Of a stretch of DNA of 64,000 nt, positions 1-13,079 are shown piece after piece. The notes below the pieces were generated by a model. It saw nothing but the letters and a program-made list of their open reading frames with translations, did not search any database and was not told the DNA's origin. How positions within the stretch are numbered: position 1 is the first letter of the stretch; each line of letters opens with the position of its first letter. The position numbers and the translations under genes are program-made. The stretch is from Nemertoderma westbladi (taxonomy: Eukaryota; Animalia; Xenacoelomorpha): positions 1 to 64,000 of the forward strand of contig JAUCBJ010000200.1 of the NCBI GenBank assembly GCA_032718475.1, given 5' to 3'.

Positions 1-443
1 CATCTCCACATGATAGACGTTATCACGAATATTTTTTAACTAGTTGTATGGTTATCAGCGGCTTTGAAAACCAGTATAGCTTCAGAATTACTAAACCAAA
101 GGCAAAATTTAACTGTTTGAAATTTTTGCTACTTGTACTTTTCGTTCTGGGTCACTAGAATGGCACCAAAATTGGATTTGCACATACCAGAAATAAATAT
201 AACTACTTCCATTGTGATCAGCGACCTCGAAAACCCGTATACCTTCAGTATTATCAAAACAAACACAAACGTTTTAGTTTGACAATTTTTTACTTGTACT
301 TTTCGTCCTGAGGGGCCTAATCGCACCAAAAATGATTGATGAAATGCCAGAAAATATTTTTAACAAGTTTTCGTGATCAGCGTCCTCAAAATCCCTTATG
401 CCATCAAAATTGTAATTTTTGAGCCAAGATCTAAAGATTTCTA

Positions 444-474
<31 letters not shown>

Positions 475-516
475 GAGCCAATATGTAGTAAAATAACCCG
501 GGCCAGATAGGGTTAA
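1..516. repeat. Fragment of a dispersed repeat / non-autonomous DNA transposon end (same family as 7130-7680)
   Basis: Internal repeats of 'tttttgctacttgtacttttcgt..gtgatcagcg.cctcgaaa' and terminus 'cccgggccagatagggttaa' recur at 7455-7680; the GGG-TTAA end resembles piggyBac-like termini. Confidence 0.55.
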
Positions 517-1488
517 AAGTACCGGTAACTCAGGATTACGGTAGTAACTAGTACTGAATATGGATATCTTAATTCCGCATCAAACACATAGTAGAGTTAG
601 AGTAGAGTAATATAAAGTATCCGTTCCTCAAATCATAAACGACACTATATTCCAGGATATGGTGTAGTCAAGTAGTAGCAATATTCCAAGTCATATCAAT
701 AATTGCAGTAAATAATAATTTCCATAAATAATATCAGTTCCTCATTATATTGAAGTCGTAATCGTTTAATATCATCTTTTGATAAAGATAGCCGCTGGTT
801 ACTGAATATATCGCCCGTCGAAATATACTAATGTTGCGGAATGTCAATGGTGCCTAACAGCATGAATGGCTGAATGGGATGCCTAACGCAGCAGTAGCGC
901 AGTGCAGTGGGTAGTGCACACACGGAATTATACACTTCATTTCCGGACCAGTACTGTAGTAGAAGGAATGGAAATTTTGCTTGTGTCATCTCGCTTTCGA
1001 TTACTAATAATGAATTCAACAAACCAAAACAGCCTAGTATGGTTTAATGGTTATACCAAAGTCTTGAAGGGTGATGTATTTTGAGTAATTTTATCAATTC
1101 AGAAAGGTGTTGATATGGTATGGGTGCCAGGAACTCCTCATATCTCGAAAACTATTGGAGCTATTAACTTTTTATTTGTCTCATCTGAAAGACGATATAA
1201 TTTTAGTTACGGACAAGTACTTTCGACGCCCTAGACACTAAATATAGGGGCTTTACAGCCGCTTGGCGGGTCGTCGTATCTATAGTAGGTCATGGCGATA
1301 AATAAAAACGAAATATCCATTATCCAACGATTATACAGATAATTATTAATGGCGATAATAATAGCCCATAAGTAGCACAGATAAAGAATTACCTCGTCCG
1401 TTTCACCTTGTATATTCAATATAAAGCTAATTCTACACAAATTTACACAAAAATAAAAAAGTAAAACTCAAAAATTATTATTGGGAAG

Positions 1489-3657
1489 CTAATCCGGCAG
1501 GAGGTAGAACTGTGATCGAACCTGTACCATCGGTACCGTCCATTGGGAGTTCTCCTCCCCTAGATGTTTAACCCTCGCGCTCCACTCCACGCGATGGGCG
1601 GCATGCAACGCCCCCGCCTCGTGTTTCTGCCGCTGAATTAACTGATCTTTAAGTCGCGTGAAGGTAGTATCGTTGTCCTCCAGCCAGTGGTTGAACTGTC
1701 GGACGTTGAAGCGGTCCCGTATGGATACCGATTTACCCGCGGTCTCCTCCGAGTTGTAGACCTCGGCGTCCCGAAGTACGACGCTCGCGCTCAACGGGAC
1801 CGACTGGTTGACGAGCGCACGCGCTGCTCGCGAATGGGCCCGGATGACCTCCGACTCGCAGGCCAGTCGCAACCGCTGCTGCTCGATAATGTGGCGGACC
1901 CGCAGCGCGAACCTCTGTGACTCCTGTACCTCGAACAACGAGCGCAACGAGGGGCTCGTGTGGCAGGAGAGCGCGAGTTTCGGTACGGAACTCAACCCGT
2001 AGCGGTTCGACTCGAGGAGGTAGTTCCCAGACACCGATAGGAACTTATCGAACCCGGGCGGGGCCCGGGGTACCACGACTCGTAACGACTTCCTCCGGCT
2101 CTCCAACTGCTTCCGAATCTCGATAAACAACTGGAAGGAGGTTTTGAAACGCTTCCGGCCCTCGGCGATCGGGTCGTACGCGTCGATGTTGTGGTCGACG
2201 ACGGTTACGACTTCCTCAGTTGTCGCGCGCGGCGGCATCTCGTAATGCCGATAGAGCTTCCGTTTCTTTGGATGGTCGTGTAGACGGTTGGTGACGGCGG
2301 GCGCGGCGATGTACAGGCCGGGTTTCCGACGAACCCGACGTGCAGGCGGCTCCTCGATTGGTTTAATTGCCACCTCCGATGGGTTCGCGGAGTCCGCCAG
2401 ACACTCCGTGGCCGCAGGCGTGGAAGAACCTGAATTCTCGCTCCTGAAGTCGAATATAGAGTCGGTCGGTTCGGGAGCTGACGGCGGTGGCTGGACACGG
2501 GGCATCTTTATTCGCTTCCCCGCGGATCGTTTGAACCGCATCCGGAGGCTAATGAGATCCGCGATGCGACGGTTCCGTTTCGGCGTCCGGTGGAGGTTTC
2601 GGACAGCGGCGGACGGGACCGCCGCCGGACTACGAGAGGCTAGGCGCTTCGCCAGAGTCGATTTCGCGGATTTCGATACGTTTTGTCGCTTCCGTGTCGC
2701 TGATTTCAACGGATTTGTAGAGGCGCGGCGCGACTGCGCGGGGGTTTTATTTCCTCGTCGCGGCGTCGGCGACTGTGATGTAGATGGCCGAGTATCCGCG
2801 GGTTCGGGAACCGCGTCGATTGGGAAGAAAACGTTCCCTCTGTTCTGTTCCGTTCCGTCTGTATCGGAAACCGCTCCCTCGGTGTCGGAGCCCGGAGAGG
2901 ACGGCATCGATCCCGCGAGCAACTCGAGGTATTCCTCGCGGTTCTTGGCAACTTCGAGCGGAGTCGCGCCGGAGTCGTTGCGGATCTCCGCGTCCGCGCC
3001 GTTCCGCAACAGGATCCCGATGATCCGGGAGTGGCCGTTGATGGCGGCGTCGTGGAGCGGCGTAATCCCGTCGAGTCCGTGGACGTTGGGATCGGCGCCC
3101 GCGTCGAGGAGGAGTTTAACGACTCTGTAGTTTCCGTGGTTCGCGGCCTCGTGTAGAGGCGTCCACAGCGCGTTATCCCGCGCGTCGATGTTAGCTCCTT
3201 CTACGATCAGGTTGCTCGTCTGCGCCACGTCCCCTTTTATCGCGGCGAGGTGCAGCGGGGATTCGCCTCGTGTATTCAGTTTACTTATTTTTTTATTTGA
3301 GACGGGAGTTTTGCGTTGCGCAGCGGCCGGCGTTGTAGGCGAAACGCAGGGAGAACTCGCCTCCGGTTGCGCTGTTAGTTGCATCAACATCTGTACTTGT
3401 TGTCGTTCCGATAGACGGACGGGTTTCCAATTACCATCCTCGTCCGCGTGTTTCTTGCGTTTCCCGCTAGATGATGGTTTGGGGGTTGGAGTTTCGATTA
3501 TTTCCACGTGTTTTCGCACGGATGAGGAGACGCTGCTGGGGGCCGGGGAAGGAAGTGGCGATTCTGCCAAAATAGAAGACACCACTGGTACAGTAAGGGA
3601 ACTATCTTGCGTGGATGGTGGCGGCTGGGGTGATGATGTTGGAGGTCTAAACGCCAT
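1489..3657 (-). CDS. ANKRD11/12: Ankyrin repeat domain-containing protein 11/12-like chromatin co-regulator (compact, 722 aa, single exon)
   Basis: LSERQQ motif before three ankyrin repeats (GESPLHLAA, WTPLHEAA, ITPLHDAA); conserved C-terminal region (RAHSRAARALVNQSVPLSA..EVYN..SIRDRFNVRQF..RQKHEAGALHA) typical of ANKRD11/12. Confidence 0.88.
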   Translation of the reverse strand: MAFRPPTSSPQPPPSTQDSSLTVPVVSSILAESPLPSPAPSSVSSSVRKHVEIIETPTPKPSSSGKRKKHADEDGNWKPVRLSERQQVQMLMQLTAQPEASSPCVSPTTPAAAQRKTPVSNKKISKLNTRGESPLHLAAIKGDVAQTSNLIVEGANIDARDNALWTPLHEAANHGNYRVVKLLLDAGADPNVHGLDGITPLHDAAINGHSRIIGILLRNGADAEIRNDSGATPLEVAKNREEYLELLAGSMPSSPGSDTEGAVSDTDGTEQNRGNVFFPIDAVPEPADTRPSTSQSPTPRRGNKTPAQSRRASTNPLKSATRKRQNVSKSAKSTLAKRLASRSPAAVPSAAVRNLHRTPKRNRRIADLISLRMRFKRSAGKRIKMPRVQPPPSAPEPTDSIFDFRSENSGSSTPAATECLADSANPSEVAIKPIEEPPARRVRRKPGLYIAAPAVTNRLHDHPKKRKLYRHYEMPPRATTEEVVTVVDHNIDAYDPIAEGRKRFKTSFQLFIEIRKQLESRRKSLRVVVPRAPPGFDKFLSVSGNYLLESNRYGLSSVPKLALSCHTSPSLRSLFEVQESQRFALRVRHIIEQQRLRLACESEVIRAHSRAARALVNQSVPLSASVVLRDAEVYNSEETAGKSVSIRDRFNVRQFNHWLEDNDTTFTRLKDQLIQRQKHEAGALHAAHRVEWSARVKHLGEENSQWTVPMVQVRSQFYLLPD

Positions 3658-3879
3658 TTTCCTGTTTACAGGTTTATCTATACCTGTATACCTGTATACA
3701 GCTATATAATTCTAGGTCCAAGTCAGCAAGTTCAATGGGCCTAGTCCTGTAGTGCTGTCAGACTGTAGTCTGATAGTACTGTACCGGTAGTAGTCGAATT
3801 GAATTTGGTTTAATCAGATAATGACGCATCAATTAAAATTTTCACATACAAGAAATATAGAAACATAAGGCACCACAAG

Positions 3880-4964
3880 CAGGCCCGTATCGTGCGGGGG
3901 GGGGGGGGCTTTGGGGGCACTGCCCCCCCCCCCCCCCCCCCCAGACAAGTCCCACTGCCCCCCCAGACATGTCTTGTTCACTGTCTTGTTCACAATTAAT
4001 TAATAATAATATTGTTGTTGTTGACCCCACTGATCAATATTATTGGATACACATTGATACACTTATAGGATACACACTTTCTACATACTGACCTGACTCC
4101 CCACCATCCCATTTTGGTCCAATTATATAATACTACATGACATTGACCTACCTACCTGTAATTACTACAAAATACCCGAAAGCTCCAGGTTCTCTCATTG
4201 GCTACCAGTGGTTGTTTGTTGTTGACCCATTGTCTATTTGTCTGTAATTTGGGAGCCAGCTTGCAGCTAAAAGTCTAGGCGCTGAGGGTTGCTTGCGCTG
4301 GTATCCATATCTATAATTTGTTGTAACTTAACCTTAACCATATTATACCTGAAGTGGGTCCTTCGCGCAGCACGTGACATAAACTTATGTAAGTGCCAAC
4401 GCGAAAGAAATATAGGCAAAATCTAAGCAGATGTCCCTTGATCACTTTACACCTAGAGGCAGTCTAGGTCACAGTCTGGAAATCTGCAGTCGATTTAAGA
4501 CCTCAGAAAAAGATTAAATGACACAGCAAATGGTCTAGTACAATTCTGCCAAGTTTCCGCTGAAACGGATTAAAAGCAAAGAAATGGGAGGACATTTAAT
4601 GCTTAGACATGTAGCCATCTAGCGGGAGACTGCTGAACTGTTGGTGTCAAAAGTCGCTAAATAATGTCAAGTTTTGGACATATTTATGCCTACAAATTTT
4701 CAATTCGACAGCTTTAAATCGGACAAAGTTATTTGAATGTTACGTTAATGCAAATCGTTACGTCAACAACTATTTGCCATTTTATTGACATACTCCTTAA
4801 CAGTGTCAGTTCGCCAAGGCTCCGCCAACTTCGTGGCTTGCCCCACACGCTCTTCAACAGTATTGACTTTTTATGTACTAAATTAACTCTCACTTTGCTG
4901 TATGTCCCCACAAACCCAGTTAAAGGTTTGCCCCCCCAGATATTATGATCACCATACGGGCCTG
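3880..4964. mobile_element. hAT-like MITE
   Basis: TIRs CAGGCCCGTA...TACGGGCCTG; perfect 8-bp TSD ACCACAAG at 3872-3879 and 4965-4972. Confidence 0.85.
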
Positions 4965-5149
4965 ACCACAAGAGTAATTTAAGTAAAATATATATACAGT
5001 ACCGGACCGGTATAATTAATTAATAATAATAAAAATATTGACAAAAACATAACTTTAAAATATTACTATAACAACTAAATTATTACAGGATATTGAACTG
5101 TTAATTACGGGGTGGGGGGATATAAACAACGTCCATCGTCCATCGTGTC

Positions 5150-6485
5150 CTTCCAGGAGCCCTTGCAATAAGGTAGAAGATCCACATTACAGAGGGGGGT
5201 CTTACACAGTTGTGCATAAAACTATATTGGATGGGAGACTGTTCCAGGCAGATACACGCCAAACTGCGAAATGATTTTTAAATATACAGTTTGTTGATCG
5301 TGGAAGGAATATCTTACACCCATTTCCTCTGGTTGATCGCGTAACAAACCGAAAAATATTATTAGCACTGAGGGGACTCAGACCGTTTATTAGTTTGAAC
5401 ATTTCGACTAAGTCATTTTATATTCTGCGATATTCCAGGCACTTGGCACCGAACCTTGCTAATGTGTCGGCATAGCTGGGCCTGGGACCAAACATACCAG
5501 GAAGGTAACGGAGTAGGTGATGATAACTCCACCTACTGGCTCCAGAAGTCGAGGAAATCCTGCCAAGTACCTAACTGATCTAGACTTTGCTGATGACTTA
5601 GGAGTACTCTCAGAATCATTAGAGGGAGCCCAACGGCTCCTCAGCTCATTAGAACATGCTGCTTCTAGTGTTTATTAACTCCAGAAAGACCAAAATTCTG
5701 ACAGTTAACTTTGAAAGTCCTCAGCAAGTCTCTGATCGGATGAGCATAAGCTCAAAGGATGGTATGCTTGAGCATGTGGACGACTTCTGTTACCTGGGAT
5801 CATGGATCCGGAAGTCAGGTGAGGACCTTCGAATACGTAAGGGAAAGGCATGGGCAGCCTTGAATAGGCTTTCCAGGATTTGGAAGTCACCGAGAATTAA
5901 TCGGAAACTTAAGGTCCGATTATTTAGAGCAGCAGTAGTTCCAGTACTCCTCTACGGGAGTCCATGCTGGGCTCTAACTGCTGAGGACACCAAATCTCTG
6001 GATGGCACATTCACAAGAATGCTACGCCGGGTACATTGTGTCAAGTACAATGCACACATCTCCAACCAGACACTATATAACATTGGAGGTGTCTCATTGG
6101 TTCCCCCAAGCTTGACACTAGAACAAAATCGCCTCTGCTTTGCAGGACATTGCTTTCGCCGTGAGGACCAGCCAGTGCATAATCTTGTACTTTGGCAGCC
6201 TCATGGAGTGAATAAGCATGGTGGACAGCCCATGACTTTCTTGAGACGCATCTTAAAGGACACTGGCCTTAAAGATGCGGATGATCTAGAAAATGTCATG
6301 GGTGATAGGGAGTTGTGGCGGTGCAATTTTGTTGACAAGCCGGCACAGCATTCTTAAAAATGCAGCTGCAATGCAGCATGCCGATCCTAGTAGTAGTAAG
6401 GTAACGGATGAAAGATCGCTGGGAACGTTCCAGAATGTCTATATCATTATCGCGACTAGGGCACCATATTGAACTAATATGATAT
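5150..6485 (-). pseudogene. 3' fragment of a CR1-like LINE, split by an RTE insertion
   Basis: Minus-strand translation WCPSRDNDIDILERSQRSFIRYLPG..LEYRR..DLVEMFKLINGL..TRGNGCKI..FAVWRVSAWNSLP matches the CR1-clade ORF2 C-terminus; the frame joins across the RTE TSD. Confidence 0.7.
5513..6397 (+). mobile_element. 5'-truncated RTE-clade non-LTR retrotransposon (RT C-terminal part)
   Basis: DFADDL, FCYLGSWI, LLYGSPCWALT and GHCFR motifs (ORF 5656-6357); (TAG)n tail; 11-bp TSD AAGGTAACGGA at 5502-5512 and 6398-6408. Confidence 0.85.
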
Positions 6486-7129
6486 ATATACAGGAGGAGT
6501 CTACAGGGGAGTCACTCGTTTAATTTTCCGGTTTATGTTTAATATTCAGGATTGTTACTTAATCAATTTATGAATTTAATAATTTCAATAATTTTTGTTA
6601 TTAAATAAATAATAGTAATCAATAATTTGATTGATTGAAGTTGAAGTTGAAGTTTTTTATTACACCAAAACACTATAGAAACAATAATAGAGACGCAAAT
6701 GGAAACAAGTTATACAGTATCTTCTTAATCTAAACAAACATGACTCGACTATGTAGGAGGTCACAAGTATAATATATTCACTAAGTATACATCAGGTGGC
6801 GTTATTTAGTTTCTATGTATTAAATTATTTGTTTAAAGATGCACAACAAATTTCATTGATTTATAATTACTTTATGGTAACTATTATTATTTAGGTATTT
6901 TATATTATCACTTTATATAATACCGTACTTTTTATTACATTATTATTTATATTATTTATTATTACTGTTTTATGATTGCCGACCAAATATTCCCACTCCA
7001 GAGAACACATCACTGGCCCTGATATGGGCTCTTCATTAATTAAATAGCATTATTATTAATAGCATTATAATTAAATGGTAATTTTAAATGTGCCCTCAGA
7101 GGCACGAAAAAACAAGTAGTGCAAATATG

Positions 7130-7680
7130 ATATTGAAGAATCACCACAAAATCAAATTGATTTTATGATCATATGGGTTTTTGGGATGCTGATCACAAAT
7201 ATGACACTGAAATATATCGTACATTGTTGACTATGGCAATTTTTGATATGTGTCAATGTGCAGCACGAAAAATACAAAGTAGCACGAATTTTTATAAGAA
7301 AAAATCATCACCAAATCAACCTGATTTTTAGACATTAGGGGTTTTCTGGGGCGCTGATCACGAATATGACACTATATGACACATATGATGACACATATGA
7401 CTCCATATCGTATTATCAGATTATCCAACCAAAATTCGATTTTTGACGTTTCAAATTTTTTGCTACTTGTACTTTTCGTCTTGGGGGACCAAAATAGCAT
7501 CAAAAATGATGGTTGCATTGCCAGAAAATATTTATAACACGTTTTATCGTGATCAGCGTCCTCGAAACCCCTTATACCATCGAAATTGTAATTGTTGAGC
7601 TAAGATCTAAAAAATTTCTAAAATGACCCCCCTAACTGGGCCAAGGGGTTGTTAAATGGCCCGGGCCAGATAGGGTTTAA
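7130..7680. repeat. Second copy of the dispersed repeat seen at 1-516
   Basis: 7455-7678 aligns to 283-515; inverted 'gggtttt..ggg.gctgatcac' subunits at 7175-7370. Confidence 0.6.
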
Positions 7681-9276
7681 TGGATGGATATCCTTGGATT
7701 GCGACCATATAATCAGTCCTTGTTGAGTATGTCTTTGAACAATGTACTTCAAGTTGGCGAGTCATAAACTCCAATTGACTGTTTCGAATTCCCAGAGTCG
7801 ACGACCTTCCAAATAAGTTCGCGGGCCGTCAGGCAGTCAGGAGGTTCCCTATAGCGCTTCGGAGATCTGTGTCTCTTTTCACCGTTGCCACAACTTTTCT
7901 CAATTACGACCAATTGGTTATCACCGAATTGGTTAATACATGTATTAACATTGATATTGAATTAGTGAAGTTGGCTTCTCCCGTCGGTGGTTTTCCGGCG
8001 TTGAAGTAGTATTTATTTATTGAAGTGGTATTTATTTGCACTATATCATTATTAATATAATATAAGTTTGTTTGTCTGAAATATACGGTAATACTTTTAG
8101 TTAATTTTTTTTTGTATTTTACCACCCCCTTGAAAAATTCCTGCGTACGCCCTTGGGTGGATGAGTTTGTATTTCTCCACTCAAATCCCTATTAAAAATT
8201 AAAATTAAATTCGCATTGCTAATTTTTTAGACGCACGAGTAAAATTGGTATTGTGACATAGAGCAGGCAAAACTACATATGTTGGTCCTGTAAAGATTAA
8301 AATTACAGCATAGTTAACTTTTAATTAATAATTAATTGGATTCTACCCGTTAAACGGGTGGATTTGTAAAATTTTATATGGCCACTTGTTGTCCACCTGA
8401 GGCAAGCAGATTCCTTCCCAACTCTTGGGCCAGACTGCCAATCAACACACCATGCAGCCATCCTTACAGCCTACAGCTATGCTTATAGCCATGCTGTAGG
8501 CATCTGGCATGTCCAACTTATTACTGGAGATAATGTCTGGCAGTCTAGCTTTCATCTTTGTTACCTCTGTACCTGGCCTAGCTGGCTGTATTGGCCTAGC
8601 GGGCACGTGGTTTTAGAGGTAAACCAAGCCAAGGTTCAATTGGTTTTTAGCTATCAGCCTATGTTATAAAAGGGAAAGTTATTGCCCAGATGGCAAACAG
8701 CAAGAGGGTTTGAATTACAGAGTTACTTTAGTTAATTATAGCCTGTGGCGGTGTAGTTTCTATTTCCTGACGTATATGGCCGGCCTAGATTTAACTCTAA
8801 TTTAAGTGATCCAGTGATAAGTAGGTTTTTTATCATTTATTCTTCATCATTATTGATTAATTATTAGGCGTTGTTAATATTTATATTTATATTTAACTGT
8901 TTTTTTAGTAGGTAAATATAGTTCTAGAATTAGTTTAAAGAGCTATAGTAATTGTTTTATTAGTCAAAGAAGTATCTCGTACATAGTTGTTCCGCTATAT
9001 TCCACGTACATAGATTTAAACTAGTTGTATGCTCTCCTACGCTAAAAGGTGGCGATAGTGTATTATTCGTAACTTGGAAAATCTAAATTCATTGACTTTC
9101 GTAACATAAAGCTATATCCATTTCCTTTGATAACAACTTGCTTTATATACAATAATTACCTAACTATATGTATAAACACTAATCACTATCCCCACCCACC
9201 ACCCTATAATGTATTTAAAGGCTTTGCGGATTTCATCGCTTAATATTTTGGTTATATATGGTTAATATTTTTTATT

Positions 9277-9773
9277 ACAAATGATATAAATTTCAAAGCT
9301 AAATTTTAAAGTATATATGGAAATGTTCCCATAGACTTTGCGAATAATGTATGAATTAAAATTAGATATGAAAATACTCTTATTCCATGCTTTAGGCCAA
9401 AGATCATAAAGATCATGATCAAAGATCATAAAAATGACCCTTTTGGGTAAATAAACTAAAATTGTGAATATCGTCCACTAGCGAACCCGTATCGACCAAA
9501 AAGTTTCGAATTTTAAATCAATATCGCTCATTTTGCTTTGGTGGTTCACCCAGCCATTGCATGGCTGGGTGAACAACAAATGATTTAAATTTCAAAGATA
9601 AATTTTAAAGTATGTCTGAAAATGTCCCCATAGACTTTGCTTATAATGTACGAATTACAAATTAATATAAAAATACTCTTATTCCATGCTTTAGGCCAAA
9701 GATCATAAAGATCATGATCAAAGATCATAAAAATGACCCTTTTGGGTCAATAGACTAAAATTTTGTATATCGT
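9277..9773. repeat. About 200-bp direct duplication with 300-bp period
   Basis: 'acaaatgat.taaatttcaaag...ggccaaagatcataaagatcatgatcaaagatcataaaaatgaccc' starts at both 9277 and 9577. Confidence 0.8.
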
Positions 9774-9964
9774 TAAGTGATCAAGTGTGATAGATAGGCC
9801 TACTGGTTTCAGCCAATTCAGCATTTATTATTAAATTAATTATTAAATTAATTAATAATTTAATTAATACATTAATTCTGTAATTATTAAATTAATTAAT
9901 AAATTAATTATTTTCTTTTTATTTCTTATTATATTGTAATTTATATTATTTCTATTTCTATTAA

Positions 9965-10092
9965 TTGTTTTATCTCTATCAATTAGTAATTGTTTATCTC
10001 TATCAATTAGTAATTGTTTATCTCTATCAATTAGTAATTGTTTATCTCTATCAATTAGTAATTGTTTATCTCTATCAATTAGTAATTGTTTG
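9965..10092. repeat. 24-bp minisatellite (about 5 copies)
   Basis: Unit ttgtttatctctatcaattagtaa. Confidence 0.9.
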
Positions 10093-10204
10093 ATGATAAA
10101 ACCTATTATTTTGATATCTATTTCATATATTTCATTGCGCGCATTCGTCATCAACTGTCAGTACTGCATGGTCTTAAGTCTTTCACCACGGGCACACAGG
10201 GAAA

Positions 10205-10577
10205 TGCCGGGGTCTGGGGGCGATAATCCCCAAGAAAATAAGCGGGGGTTTGGGGGCGGCAGCCCCCAAGAAAAGATGTAGGGGTTTGGGGGCGGCAGCC
10301 CCCAAGAAAAGAGGCGGGGGTTTGGGGGCGGCAGCCCCCAATTAAAAGAAAAATAAACAAAATTTGACTAAAAATGTTTCTTTTATAATTTTGAAAAAAT
10401 TTGTCTAGATACAACTTGTCCTGTAACCATCTTTAACTTTTGTTTATTGCTTTGATGCACCCAGATTAATTTTAACACTTTAACTGGGGGGGAAGTGTCC
10501 GGGGGGCAAGTGTCCTACTTGGGCGGGGGGGAAGTGTCCGGGGGGGAACTGTCCGGGGGGGAAGTGTCCTAGATCCA
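10205..10577. repeat. GC-rich subterminal repeats and end of a DNA transposon
   Basis: 4x 'ggggtttgggggcggcagcccccaag' and 5x 'ggggggaagtgtcc', ending in 'gtcctagatcc'; a pattern commonly seen at TIR-element ends. Confidence 0.5.
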
Positions 10578-10619
10578 CTGGTTGCTATTATTGCTTAGTA
10601 CATTTCATTATATTTTTAT

Positions 10620-11480
10620 AGGATCAGTTCGAAAACAGCTGCGTGTCTTTTTGATACAACTTGATGGTATCCACGATAGTATCGAAATAATGGCGAAAGT
10701 CCAAGAGTTTCTATCGGGGTGTAAAAACGAAGGGTTTGTTACCTTAATGGAGTTTAATCTCACCTACTTACTCAGTATTGTAATACTTCGAATTGGGATA
10801 CGGAGAAGTCGTATGGATTTGGTGGTTTGTGCCATGGTAAAGTTTGCCCCTCTGCTATTTGTAAGGGGGCACACTTGGTACCAACGCATAGTTGGGTATT
10901 TTATTGCCCAGCGGTTACGGCTCAGCGCGTCAGTAATAAATCTTACTGATAAATCACTCGTATACCGACGCAAAAATGATTCAATGAACGCAGAAGGGGG
11001 GCGATTATGTATTGGAAGGAATCCATAAAATACTGAAGCATTTGCACCCCCATGGTGTACCTAGAAATATGGAGAAGTGGGAGGAACTTTATGATTTAGT
11101 TTCTGTGGCAGAAGAGTTGAGGGTGCTGTGCAAATCCATACACCCGACACAGAAAACTTAAAAATCTTCTAAAGTCGACAATGCTCATAGAAGAAAGATG
11201 GTCGAATCGGTGGAGAACTGGCAAACAATTGTTTCTGCTTCACCCTTGTGCCAGGCAGAAATGATATACCAACCTACGGGCATCTGTGGCACCGAACTAT
11301 CATCCCATTTCCCCCACCTGAGTTCGATAGGTAAGAAGCGCTTCATACATACTATAACAACATTTTTAGAGAATGGTCCAACTTATGGGGAAGTGGGAAA
11401 GTTCAAAAAAATTCCACTCACGAAAGACGCTGAGTTTATTGGGAGTAGAATTGTAAATCGAACTATTGGATGTTGATGAC
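10620..11480 (+). pseudogene. Decayed transposase-like coding remnant (possibly DUF6589/Academ-related)
   Basis: Frameshifted segments GIRR..FAPLLFVRGHTWYQRI..EGG(DY)VLE..K..PHGVP..W resemble invertebrate transposon proteins from memory; family assignment is not verified. Confidence 0.35.
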
Positions 11481-11706
11481 GACGACATCGATAAATATAC
11501 AAAGTCATACAAAGACTGTAAAAGGTCAAGGCTGACTTTGTAAACCTATTAAATTCACTAATACATTCAAATGGTCTTTAATAATTTTAAGAAATAAATA
11601 ATAATATTATATAATAATTAAGTAGGGGAAATAATAGTAGGCCCATACTTTATTCATTACAGATTATTCATTACAGGTAGAGTTATGTATCGAGTTAAGT
11701 GGATAA

Positions 11707-12590
11707 TCATTTCCTTTGTAACAATCGCCTTTTTTTCTGAATAGTTACATTCATACCACCTTTCCTAGCGCTCTCAAACTTTGCATTTGCGACATCCGGT
11801 TTTTCCATTTTCAAGTGCTCTTTGTAGTGCGCTCTGCAATAGTAGTCCACCTGCTTGTTGGACCACCCAACAAATCCAGCACAACAAGCATGTATCCAGA
11901 CACTGCAAGTTAAAATGTTTATGTTAATTATAATTAATCCCTTACTCGATAACATTTAAATTTCAACATGTAGGATTTTTCTGTTTGCCCAAAATCAATT
12001 AAACAGTCGTTTTATTTGTCTATAGACACATATGTCCGTGTTAGTTACGCTATACATTGTTAGTGTTATTTATAATCGGTAACATTTAAATCCTGGCCAC
12101 TTAGAAATCGCATCATGCAGAATAGATAGTAGAAAATTCATATCATTTTCTGAAATACAATCCCGGCCAGGGATTTCATTTTTCACTTTTGCCTTTTTCG
12201 GGATCAGGATCCCGTTTAACCACTAAGTATTTAAGTATGTATCATTATATGTAAAGTAGTAATTGTATTGTTAAATTTAATTGTTGTATACTTACTCGCA
12301 CTCTCGTGTATATTCTTTCCCACTGCTGTCTCTTAAAACAGTTTCGTGGTCGCATCCTACCCACCGTTTTGTTCCGCACATGAGAAAATCCTCTATACTC
12401 CACCACTCCACCTTACAGATGTGGCAGATATTTTGAGACCCGCGGCTGGGGTTCGCGAGTGGTTGTTAATTGCCTTTATTGGCGAGAATTGAAACTGTGT
12501 CCTCTGTGGGCGGCGTGGTGTTAGTGGCACAGGCGAAGCTACACCTGTGTTATCTGGTACAACGTTTTCCTTCAGGCTAATGGCTTCCAT
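11707..12590 (-). pseudogene. Spliced PHD-finger gene remnant
   Basis: Exon reading CHIC..WVGCD..REC joined by a GTAAGT..TTGCAG intron (11903-12295) to DVWIHACC..YYCRAH gives a complete PHD pattern; a frameshift near 12432 separates it from the ATG at 12590. Confidence 0.7.
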
Positions 12591-13079
12591 CTTTTCCTAT
12601 TGAAAATAATATTTTATATAACGGAAATGAATGAAATCTTGAATAGTTAAGGATACCCCATTTTACGAGACAGAGGGTGGAAACTGAACGCAAATCCCGC
12701 CTCAATGTTAAATTCGCAATTTAGGGAAAGGAGCAGGTTACAATGGCACGTTATTTTAACCGTTAAATTAATTAACATAAATTAACCATAAATAAATTTT
12801 TGGTCGACCATAAATTAATTTTTAGTCGACAAATACGTTAATTTTATTATAAGCTATTATTTGCGTCGATGTTCTCCTCGAGGCGTAAAGAGGGATGGAT
12901 TTTGATTGCGTAGAAGCCCCCCCCCCCCCCCCCCCCCCTATCAGAATTTGGTGTTCAAAAGTTGAAAGATTTTGTATCTGAGCGAGATTCTTTTTAATCT
13001 ATTGAATAATTACACAAAATTCTGGAACAATATATTTACACATATAAATTATCAGTAGTTGGGCAAGTGGGCAACAATA

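Noticed and set aside
1687-3709. Plus-strand ORFs (up to 280 aa) overlapping ANKRD11/12
   Set aside because: Antisense shadows of a GC-rich coding region; the same applies to antisense ORFs over gag, the LINE and PPP4C
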